Assembly: GCA_964344655.1 (NCBI GenBank)
Contig: CAYFOF010000003.1
Location: forward strand, 428-64,427
DNA: 64,000 nt
Direction of reading: 5' to 3'
From: Candidatus Woesearchaeota archaeon
Lineage (GTDB): Archaea; Nanobdellota; Nanobdellia; SCGC-AAA011-G17; PNOQ01
Shown: positions 8,763 through 16,538 of the stretch, in pieces
How positions within the stretch are numbered: the stretch's first letter is position 1
Layout of the letters: each line of letters begins with the position of its first letter
Program-made: the position numbers and the translations under genes
Notes under the pieces: generated by a model
What the model saw: only the letters and a program-made list of their open reading frames with translations
What the model was told of the DNA's origin: nothing
Database searches by the model: none

Positions 8763-9935
8763 ATGTTAATTGGAATAGTGGGAAAACCAAATGTAGGAAA
8801 GTCAACTTTTTTTAAGAGTATGACTTTGGCTGAAGTAGAAATTGCTAATTATCCTTTTGCAACTATTAATCCAAATACTGGTGCGGGGCATGTGAAAATA
8901 AGAGATGTTGCTCGTGAATTTGATAAAGTTGCTAATCCTAGGGAGGGTTTTGTTTTAGATAAATATAGGTTTGTTCCGGTTGAATTGTTAGATGTTGCTG
9001 GTTTGGTTCCTGGAGCTTATGAAGGAAAGGGTTTGGGAAATAAATTTTTAGATGATTTAAATCAAGCTAATGCTTTAATTCATGTTATTGATATTAGTGG
9101 AAGTACAAATGAAAAAGGAGAACCAGTTGAACCATTGTCTTACGATCCTATTGAAGATATTAAATTTTTAGAGTATGAATTAGATATGTGGTTTTTAGGT
9201 ATTTTGAAAAAAGGTTGGGAAAAACTTTCTAGAACCATAAAATATGAAGGAAAAGAAGTTGCAATTCCTTTGGCTAAACAATTATCTGGATTGAGAGTTA
9301 CTGAGGATATGGTTAAAGATTGTATTAGAGATTTAGATAAAGATCCAACAACTTGGGGTGAAGACGTTTTAATGAAATTAGCTAGTTCTTTGAGAAAGAT
9401 GGCTAAACCAATGGTTATTGCTGCGAATAAACTTGATGTTGATGGAGGAAAAGAAAATTTAGAAAGAGTAAAAAAAGAATTTCCAGAATATAAAATAATT
9501 TCATGTAGTGCTGAATCTGAATTAGCATTGAAAGAAGCTGCAAAACATGATTTGATTTCTTACATTCCTGGGGAAAATGATTTTAATGTTAATGGAGACT
9601 TAAATGAAAAACAAAAAAAAGCTTTAGAATTTATTAAAAAAAATAGTTTACCAACCGGAGTTCAAGAAATATTGGATTATGTTGTGTTTGAAATATTAAA
9701 TAGGATTGCTGTACATCCTGGCGGAGCAAATAAATTAGAGGATTCTGAAGGTAATGTTTTGCCAGATTGTTTTTTAATGAAAGAGGGTTCAACAGCTTTA
9801 GATTTTGCATTTAGGTTACACACAGATTTTGGAAAGAATTTTGTTCGTGCTATTGATGTTAAAACTAAGAAAGTTATTGGTAAAGATTATTTGTTGAAAC
9901 ATTTAGATATTATTGAATTAATCCTTGGCAAATAG
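8763..9935 (+). CDS. Obg-like GTPase of the YchF/OLA1-Ygr210 type (P-loop GTPase with C-terminal TGS-like domain)
   Basis: G1 motif GIVGKPNVGKSTFF; NYPFATINPNTG; G3 DVAGLV; NKLD; 390 aa. Confidence 0.8.
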   Translation: MLIGIVGKPNVGKSTFFKSMTLAEVEIANYPFATINPNTGAGHVKIRDVAREFDKVANPREGFVLDKYRFVPVELLDVAGLVPGAYEGKGLGNKFLDDLNQANALIHVIDISGSTNEKGEPVEPLSYDPIEDIKFLEYELDMWFLGILKKGWEKLSRTIKYEGKEVAIPLAKQLSGLRVTEDMVKDCIRDLDKDPTTWGEDVLMKLASSLRKMAKPMVIAANKLDVDGGKENLERVKKEFPEYKIISCSAESELALKEAAKHDLISYIPGENDFNVNGDLNEKQKKALEFIKKNSLPTGVQEILDYVVFEILNRIAVHPGGANKLEDSEGNVLPDCFLMKEGSTALDFAFRLHTDFGKNFVRAIDVKTKKVIGKDYLLKHLDIIELILGK

Positions 9936-9965
9936 TTTTATAAAAGAAATAGTTTATTTTATGAT

Positions 9966-11174
9966 ATGTATAAAAAAGAGGAATTAAAACACCTTTGGAA
10001 ATTTTACGTTATTAATTTTACTGAGCATCTATTTGGTTTGGGAGTACTTATTTGGATAGTATATTTTGTAAGTAAAGGTTTTTCGTTTACAGAAGTGAGT
10101 TTAGCCTTAGCAATTTTTTCTGGGACATTATTTTTATTGGAAGTTCCCACTGGGGCGATTGCAGATATTTTTGGTAGGAAAAGAAGTGTATTTTTATCAT
10201 TCTTTTTAGTTGCATTATCCTCTTTACTAGTGCCATTTGTATCTGGATTTCTACAATTATGCGCTTTATGTTTTCTTTGGGGAGGAGCATTAACATTAGC
10301 ATCGGGAGCAGATGAGGCATTAGTAATAGATTATTTGCACAGAAAAAAAAGGAAGGACTTAATTGATGATTACTATGCAAAATCTGCTAGTATAAACCAG
10401 GTGGGTTTATTTTTTTCTGGTCTGTTATTAACGGGGCTTTTATTTATTTTAAATGATTCAATTAATTTTTCGGCCTATGATAAGATTTGGTTCATACAGG
10501 CAGGAGGTATGTTTCTTGTTGGATTAATAGCATTAACTATTGATGAAAAAATAAAAAAACCCAAGAAGCAAAATATTACATTTTTAAATACTTTGCATTT
10601 TTCAAAATCTGGATTTTCTTATGTAAAAAATCACAAAAAACTTTTGAAGATATTTATAGGATTCTCCTTTTTTAGTTTTGCTGGGTCTCTTTGGTATTTT
10701 GCATATCAACCATTTTTATTGAATTCTGGATTTGAAATGAAAGATTTTGGATGGATAGAAAGTTTAACAAGTATTTTTGGGGTATTTCTTCCTCTCTTTG
10801 CTATTAAGTTAGGAAAAAAATTCAAAGATAAGTATAAATTAATCTACTTTATATCCTTATTTAAGTTTATATTTATGTTTACAGTTTTATTATTTTTTGG
10901 CCCATTATTTGCACTAACATTTTATCTTATAATGGGAGGATTTGGTTTTTTTATATTTCCTATCTTAAATCCTATCATTCAAAAAAATATTCCATCTGAA
11001 AAGAGGGCTACAATTGGATCTATAAGGAATATGTTTTTTTCAATTGGAGAAATAGTGCCCCTATTATTTGCGGGGTTATTAGTAGATTTAATAGGTACAA
11101 AATTCACAATAATTGTTTCTGCATTGTTTATTATTCCTTTGATCTGGATATTTTATAGTTTAAGAAAAAGTTAA
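9966..11174 (+). CDS. Major facilitator superfamily transporter
   Basis: About 12 predicted TM helices, MFS-like loop motif GAIADIFGRKR between TM2 and TM3, 402 aa. Confidence 0.7.
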   Translation: MYKKEELKHLWKFYVINFTEHLFGLGVLIWIVYFVSKGFSFTEVSLALAIFSGTLFLLEVPTGAIADIFGRKRSVFLSFFLVALSSLLVPFVSGFLQLCALCFLWGGALTLASGADEALVIDYLHRKKRKDLIDDYYAKSASINQVGLFFSGLLLTGLLFILNDSINFSAYDKIWFIQAGGMFLVGLIALTIDEKIKKPKKQNITFLNTLHFSKSGFSYVKNHKKLLKIFIGFSFFSFAGSLWYFAYQPFLLNSGFEMKDFGWIESLTSIFGVFLPLFAIKLGKKFKDKYKLIYFISLFKFIFMFTVLLFFGPLFALTFYLIMGGFGFFIFPILNPIIQKNIPSEKRATIGSIRNMFFSIGEIVPLLFAGLLVDLIGTKFTIIVSALFIIPLIWIFYSLRKS

Positions 11175-12028
11175 TCCTTGGCAAATAGTTCTAGTGATTT
11201 TTTAACTGCGTTTAGCCTTGCTTGGAATATGTTATCACTATCTTTATAATTATGATCTAAAATGTGGTAAACAAAGGCTTCTGCAAATTGTTCATCGGCT
11301 TTTGCTATAGCATATTCTGCATCTATATCAAATCCTGGAGGGATTGAACTATAGAGGGATAAGTATGATGGATGGCCGGGAATTTTTTCTCCGTTATATG
11401 CTGCTGCATTATCTAGAAATTGAAATTGTAGCGTTAAATCTATTTGATTTTCTAACCCAATCATATCAAAATAAACATGTCCCATATTGTGGAGTACTTG
11501 TGCAACCATTGGTTTATCATATGGGACTGAAAATCTTTCATCTATTGGTTTAGGTAATGCACCAAAAAGAACAGGGATTGAGTTATTAAATGGGAAGTCC
11601 TTTTGATGTTCTTCAAAATTTTTCATAACAATTAGATAATGACCATAAGGATTCCAGTAGGGAACATTTACTTCAAAGAGATTTTCTGTGTTTGATCTTG
11701 GAACTCCGGGCATAGATTCACAAAATAGACTATCTGCTTCTGCAGATAGTTTGTCTATGTGTTTTTTTTCTATGAAAAATATGTCAGGTAAAAAATATTT
11801 TTCTTGAACGTTTATTTGGGCTACTGCTATAGCAGAAACTCCAAAAACAGAGAAACCATCTGTTGATAAATTTAGTTTTTGAGCTAGTGATTGTCCTTCT
11901 CTTAAATCTTCTTGTGTAATGTCTACTGTTTTTCTTGGTAAGTCTTGTTCTAACCTTCTTTCTAAACATCCGGACGAAGTTAAACTAATTGAAATTGCTG
12001 CTATTGCGGGAAGAATCAAATTTCTCAT
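11171..12028 (-). CDS. Hypothetical secreted lipoprotein (about 285 aa)
   Basis: Start trimmed to the internal Met giving MRNLILPAIAAISISLTSSGC (signal plus lipobox). The longer track ORF would overlap the LAGLIDADG gene. No recognizable catalytic motif. Confidence 0.5.
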   Translation of the reverse strand: MRNLILPAIAAISISLTSSGCLERRLEQDLPRKTVDITQEDLREGQSLAQKLNLSTDGFSVFGVSAIAVAQINVQEKYFLPDIFFIEKKHIDKLSAEADSLFCESMPGVPRSNTENLFEVNVPYWNPYGHYLIVMKNFEEHQKDFPFNNSIPVLFGALPKPIDERFSVPYDKPMVAQVLHNMGHVYFDMIGLENQIDLTLQFQFLDNAAAYNGEKIPGHPSYLSLYSSIPPGFDIDAEYAIAKADEQFAEAFVYHILDHNYKDSDNIFQARLNAVKKSLELFAKD

Positions 12029-12129
12029 AAAAAAGGAAGTTGAAGTTATGTTATAAAATGTTTGATTGTGGTTGTCAGCTTGCCAAACGTGCAGAGATTG
12101 TTTATATATTAAGTAAATAATAAAATCAT

Positions 12130-12840
12130 ATGGATAAAATAAGTGAAGAATTGGCGGAACTGATCGGGATACATATTGGTGATGGATGTTTGAGTAATAA
12201 TGGAAGATATAAGGAGGTCGCATTGGCGGGAGACCTTTTAGAAGAAAAGTCATATTATGATGATTACGTAGTTCCTCTTTTTAATAAAATAATCGCAAAA
12301 AATATTTTAAATAAAGAAGTAAAGGCCAAGGCATACCCATCAACAGGAGTTTATGGATTTTTTATTTTTAATGGAGCTCTTTTTGATCATTATGAATCAT
12401 TGGGGATCACAGTGGGATCGAAAATACGAACTAAAATCCCAGAAATCTTTTTGTCAAAAAAATTAATTAAGCATGTCATAAGAGGAATTTTTGATACAGA
12501 CGGAAATTTGTATTTTGACAAAAATAGAACTGCTAAAAATCCTATTAATAAAGTTCCAATAATTAAGTTATCTAGTACATCTAATATTCTTATAGAACAA
12601 GTTTTTAATGAATTAGTTAAATTAGGATATCACCCAAGAAAGAAAAAACCGTATAAGGGAAAAAGAGATAAAAATCAAAACCATATACTTCTCATTTATA
12701 GAAAAAAAGATGTAAAAAGATATATAGAAGAAGACATAGGATTCAATAATTTAAAACATCAAGTAAAGTGGGACTTTTTCAAAAAATATGGATACTATGT
12801 CCCTCGCATGACTACAAAAGACAGACAAAAACTTTTATAA
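12130..12840 (+). CDS. Free-standing double-motif LAGLIDADG homing-endonuclease-like protein
   Basis: Two LAGLIDADG-type motifs, LIGIHIGDGCL (N-terminal) and IRGIFDTDGNLYF (mid-protein). 236 aa and a basic C-terminus are typical of single-chain monomeric LAGLIDADG enzymes. Confidence 0.75.
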   Translation: MDKISEELAELIGIHIGDGCLSNNGRYKEVALAGDLLEEKSYYDDYVVPLFNKIIAKNILNKEVKAKAYPSTGVYGFFIFNGALFDHYESLGITVGSKIRTKIPEIFLSKKLIKHVIRGIFDTDGNLYFDKNRTAKNPINKVPIIKLSSTSNILIEQVFNELVKLGYHPRKKKPYKGKRDKNQNHILLIYRKKDVKRYIEEDIGFNNLKHQVKWDFFKKYGYYVPRMTTKDRQKLL

Positions 12841-12866
12841 ACACTCGCAGTTCCATTTTTGTATAC

Positions 12867-12952
12867 GCGGGTGTGCCAGAGTTCGGTCAAATGGGGTGGA
12901 CTTAAGATCCATCGGCTTAGTGCCTGCGCAGGTTCAAATCCTGTCACCCGCA
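12867..12952 (+). tRNA. tRNA-Leu (anticodon UAA), class II with long variable arm
   Basis: Acceptor GCGGGTG/CACCCGC plus discriminator A, anticodon stem GTGGA/TCCAT with loop CTTAAGA (anticodon TAA), long variable arm, and T-arm GCAGG-TTCAAAT-CCTGT. Length 86 nt. Confidence 0.85.
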
Positions 12953-13537
12953 TTCATTTTTACTTTTTTTAGCTACGATAAATACTAATATTGTTAGAAT
13001 AATCATGCCCCATATAATATAGTCGTTTAACCAAATAAAACTTATTCCTAAAAAGTATCCTAGAAATTGCCATAAAATTGACCAAATGATTATCCCAATA
13101 GTTGAATAAAAAAAGAAAATCCAAAATGGCATTTTAATCATTCCTGCGGGAATTGAAACAATCGATCTAACAATCGGTATGCATCTAAAAATTCCCACCC
13201 AATGTGCACCATCGATTCTAAATTTTTTTGCCATATCATCTAATGATTTTTTATCTATAAATCTCCTGGCTAAATTTATCCTCAGTATCCAATCATAACC
13301 AAATAATCTTCCTAAGATATATAAAATAATTGCACCAAATAAATTTCCAAATGTTGCTGAAGCAATTGTGTGAATTAGATTGTAATCCGAAGCGTAAGCA
13401 TAAATCCCAGCCATAAAAAGAATTGCTTCGCTTGGTATGATTCCAATTGAGCCATTAATTGCCATCAATATAAATAATACAAAAATTCCCATGTTATTGA
13501 TTAATTGATCGAACATGTTTACGACAATGTCATTCAA
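12944..13537 (-). CDS. DedA/SNARE-associated (TVP38/TMEM64) family membrane protein
   Basis: DedA-like hydrophobic topology and conserved G/R-rich re-entrant loop region (LGRLFGYDWI ... GIFRCIPIVRSIVSIPAG). 197 aa. Confidence 0.7.
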   Translation of the reverse strand: MNDIVVNMFDQLINNMGIFVLFILMAINGSIGIIPSEAILFMAGIYAYASDYNLIHTIASATFGNLFGAIILYILGRLFGYDWILRINLARRFIDKKSLDDMAKKFRIDGAHWVGIFRCIPIVRSIVSIPAGMIKMPFWIFFFYSTIGIIIWSILWQFLGYFLGISFIWLNDYIIWGMIILTILVFIVAKKSKNECG

Positions 13538-13577
13538 TTTATAAAATTAGTTAATTTTAAAAATAATTATTTAATAT

Positions 13578-13651
13578 TTGATTTAATGCCCATGTAGCAT
13601 AGTTGGTTAATGCACTGCATTGGTAATGCAGAGATCCGGAGTTCAAGTCTC
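13578..13651 (+). tRNA. tRNA-Thr (anticodon GGU)
   Basis: Acceptor GCCCATG/CGTGGGC (one GU), anticodon stem CTGCA/TGCAG with loop TTGGTAA (anticodon GGT), and T-arm CGGAG-TTCAAGT-CTCCG. Length 74 nt. Confidence 0.85.
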
Positions 13652-13725
13652 CGCGTGGGCTTCCAATTATATATTTAAATTTGTAAATTAGATAGTTTTT
13701 TATATATTTTTGGTAAACCTTTATT

Positions 13726-14838
13726 ATGAAATCTGCAATTGCATTGGTTTTATTCCTTTTAATTATTCCTTCCGTATCTGCAGATAAATGTCAAGACTAT
13801 GTTGGAGATATACATTTAGAAGTCGAATCTTTTGAGGGATGGACATCAACAAATTCTTATTCTTTAAATTTTAAAGAATTTACAACATTAAGAATAACTG
13901 AGATTTCTATAATAAATGTAGGAGATTGTGATATACCTCCCTCTAGATTAATATTAAAAATAACTAATCCTTGGGGTGAAAATAATTTTGCCTTTACAAG
14001 ATATGAAGGAATAGATACTCCTCAAATCCTAAAAGGAGAAACAATAAAAAGCTCGCTATTGGGTTCCTACTATAACTATAATGGATTTCTTAAAAATAAA
14101 TCTATAATAGGAAAATCTTTAGACTATGAAGGGATTTGGAATATGGAATATAATTGGCAAACAAAAAATGGAGAATTTATTAGCAATTCTCTCACTTTAA
14201 ATAACTATTTTTTTAATGGGAGATCTCGTAATTTTAAAGTTGTTTCTGCATTAGATTTTATTTCCTTGGAAAATAGTGAAAAAATTGGCAAAATATCCAT
14301 TATTGCTTTATTCCTTGTTACTTTTCTCTCGATAATAATTTCAACGCTTGCGCTCCGATTTTTTACAAATAAACAAATCAAAAAAATGGATGAACATTAT
14401 AAAAAAACAATAGAAAAAGAAGAGCAAAGAGAAGAAGAAAAACAATTTGATTTATTAAATATTATACTTCTTGAGTTGAAATTTTTAGAAGATAATTTAA
14501 AATCATATAAGAATAGTTTTTCTAAAAAAAATCATTATCCTATGTGGGATTTATGGAATATTGATGTTGCAACATATATTAAAACACTAAGTCATAAAAT
14601 AAGTAAAAAAGATACCATCAAGTTAAAAGAAAAACTTATGAAAATTAAAGATAAAATTTCGATTATAAATAATATGGAAGTACAATCCAAAAAAGATACA
14701 GAAGAAAGAGGAAATGAAGAGTTAATTCGAATTAGGATAGAAGCGATGAGAAATAAAATAGTAATAACAATTGATGAGTTACTTTCCATTTTGAAAATAT
14801 CAAAGCAAATTATTAAAAAAAATTGGAGTATTGAGTAA
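13726..14838 (+). CDS. Hypothetical type-I membrane protein: signal peptide, extracytoplasmic domain, single TM, K/E-rich coiled-coil cytoplasmic tail
   Basis: N-terminal MKSAIALVLFLLIIPSVSA; TM IIALFLVTFLSIIISTLAL near residue 190; charged heptad-like C-terminus. Confidence 0.5.
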   Translation: MKSAIALVLFLLIIPSVSADKCQDYVGDIHLEVESFEGWTSTNSYSLNFKEFTTLRITEISIINVGDCDIPPSRLILKITNPWGENNFAFTRYEGIDTPQILKGETIKSSLLGSYYNYNGFLKNKSIIGKSLDYEGIWNMEYNWQTKNGEFISNSLTLNNYFFNGRSRNFKVVSALDFISLENSEKIGKISIIALFLVTFLSIIISTLALRFFTNKQIKKMDEHYKKTIEKEEQREEEKQFDLLNIILLELKFLEDNLKSYKNSFSKKNHYPMWDLWNIDVATYIKTLSHKISKKDTIKLKEKLMKIKDKISIINNMEVQSKKDTEERGNEELIRIRIEAMRNKIVITIDELLSILKISKQIIKKNWSIE

Positions 14839-14931
14839 AGTAGTATGTTTAATAATTTGTTGCTACAATAAAATATTATCTTCCTAAAACTTTTCGTAAG
14901 ATTTTTATATTGTTTTATTCATGCTAATTCG

Positions 14932-15387
14932 ATGTCTTCAAGAGTTATTGTTCCGTGGGCAAGAGCAGATTTGGTGAAAAAACCAGAGCTTGTATCCGCG
15001 TTTGTAAAAGGAGGTATTTCTATAGATTATATTAGTGATGCAAGAGACGCTGTTGAAACTTTAACTAAAGAAGAATATCCAATAATTATGGTTGATATGG
15101 TTCAGACTAGTTTACATGATATTGGGATGGAAGAAGATCTTCCTAGGTTATTTTGTGGAGCACATAATGAATCTTGGAAAGTTGGTTGTTATGTTTTAGA
15201 AAAAATTTTATCAAAAAAATCTAAAAATAAGGATAGTTTAGTTATAGTTACGGGCAAACACGATTTAGATTCTGAAGTTAATTTATTGGGAGTTAGAAAA
15301 TATATTGAAGAAGTGGGAGCACATAGTTATTACCATATGCAAGAAGGGGTTTCTGGTTTAGTTGAATTAGTGAAAAGATTGGTTTAA
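14932..15387 (+). CDS. Hypothetical protein (151 aa), possibly a divergent receiver-like fold
   Basis: ORF with good codon usage. PIIMVDM resembles the hydrophobic strand before the phospho-acceptor in receiver domains, but the canonical Asp pair is absent. Confidence 0.35.
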   Translation: MSSRVIVPWARADLVKKPELVSAFVKGGISIDYISDARDAVETLTKEEYPIIMVDMVQTSLHDIGMEEDLPRLFCGAHNESWKVGCYVLEKILSKKSKNKDSLVIVTGKHDLDSEVNLLGVRKYIEEVGAHSYYHMQEGVSGLVELVKRLV

Positions 15388-15487
15388 ATTTTCCATAATA
15401 TCCTTTATTTCCTTACTATTTTCAAGTAATAACAAAACAAAAGATTTATAAACCATATCATTGTTCCAAAGATAGGATAGTTATAAA

Positions 15488-16282
15488 ATGACAGAAAAAT
15501 ATCGTTTATTGAGAGCAGAAAAAAGATTGCCAGAAATAAATTTACTTGTGGCCCCACAGGGTGGGAAAACCAAGATTTTTGGCATTTTTGGAAAAAAACC
15601 ATTTCAATTTAATCTTGAAGATATGGGTTATGATTGTTATGATCCAACACATTATGGGGGTGTTGCTTATTTTAATTCAGCCGAGTTTCCAAATTTGTTA
15701 TTTAGGGAACCGCAAACCCAAGAATCGATATCTGTTATGTCTAATTGTGTTGAAAACATAGAAGAGTTTCAATTTGTTGGAGATATGGTCCCATTACAGT
15801 TGGGTAGGATGGTGATAACATCGGATGGTGTTTTTACAAATACTTATGAAACAAATGAACAAAAACTTATTGAACTTTTAAAAAACGCGGAAAAAGTTAA
15901 TGGAATTTATTTAATTAATGGTGGAATGGCCTTTGCGCCTTATGAAAGTTTTAAAATGGGTGTCCAATCTGGAGAAGATTTTGTGCAAGGAGGACTTGCA
16001 AGAGCATTAGAGCACACCCTAGAAAAATCTGCAGACAGATTGGAGACTATTGCATCAGAAGAATTTTTTCCAGAAGGAGTGAATGTTTCAGGATTTAATG
16101 ATCGAAGAAGAAATGACTCTCAAAGAATTGTTTCATTTTATCCTCAGGATTTACGTGGAATCGAATATCATAATTGTTTTTTTGAAGATCCTAAACTTAG
16201 ACTGATTGTTAGCTGTCAACACCCAAATGATTCTGGTTATGGGTATCTATTTGGAGTTTCAACAAACGAAAAAGTAGAATAA
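15488..16282 (+). CDS. Hypothetical protein (264 aa)
   Basis: Long ORF with typical composition; no motif recognized. Confidence 0.45.
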   Translation: MTEKYRLLRAEKRLPEINLLVAPQGGKTKIFGIFGKKPFQFNLEDMGYDCYDPTHYGGVAYFNSAEFPNLLFREPQTQESISVMSNCVENIEEFQFVGDMVPLQLGRMVITSDGVFTNTYETNEQKLIELLKNAEKVNGIYLINGGMAFAPYESFKMGVQSGEDFVQGGLARALEHTLEKSADRLETIASEEFFPEGVNVSGFNDRRRNDSQRIVSFYPQDLRGIEYHNCFFEDPKLRLIVSCQHPNDSGYGYLFGVSTNEKVE

Positions 16283-16406
16283 ATTTTAAATATTCATTTT
16301 CGAAAGTACTAATTGAACATACCCAGATAGTTATATATGAAACAAATAGGAGATATTTTATTGAAACGATACCTTTAAAAAATAAAAATAAGTTAAAAAA
16401 GATAAT

Positions 16407-16530
16407 GCAGGCGTGCCGGAGTGGTCAAACGGGCTAGAGATTTATCGTCGGCTAAGCTTAGGCTACTCTTTAAGAGTATGAGAAACCTAGTGACTTAGTG
16501 TCTACGCAGGTTCGAGTCCTGTCGCCTGCA
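16407..16530 (+). tRNA. Interrupted (intron-containing, possibly multiply) tRNA of about 124 nt; isotype unresolved (D-arm resembles class II Leu/Ser tRNAs)
   Basis: Clean acceptor GCAGGCG/CGCCTGC plus discriminator A, T-arm GCAGG-TTCGAGT-CCTGT, and D-arm-like GCCGGAGTGGTCAAACGGGC. The interior contains palindromes CTAAG/CTTAG and ACTCT/AGAGT and roughly 35-40 extra nt; I could not place the anticodon by eye. Confidence 0.55.
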
Positions 16531-16538
16531 TTTTATTT

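Noticed and set aside
10087-10380. 97-aa minus-strand ORF inside the MFS transporter gene
   Set aside because: It is antisense to a well-supported 12-TM transporter ORF with Met/Leu-rich shadow composition.
11171-12253. Full 360-aa track ORF for the lipoprotein gene
   Set aside because: The first 75 residues (MTFLLKGLPPMRPPYIFHYY…) overlap the LAGLIDADG gene on the other strand and contain no signal. The internal Met yields a classic signal plus lipobox.
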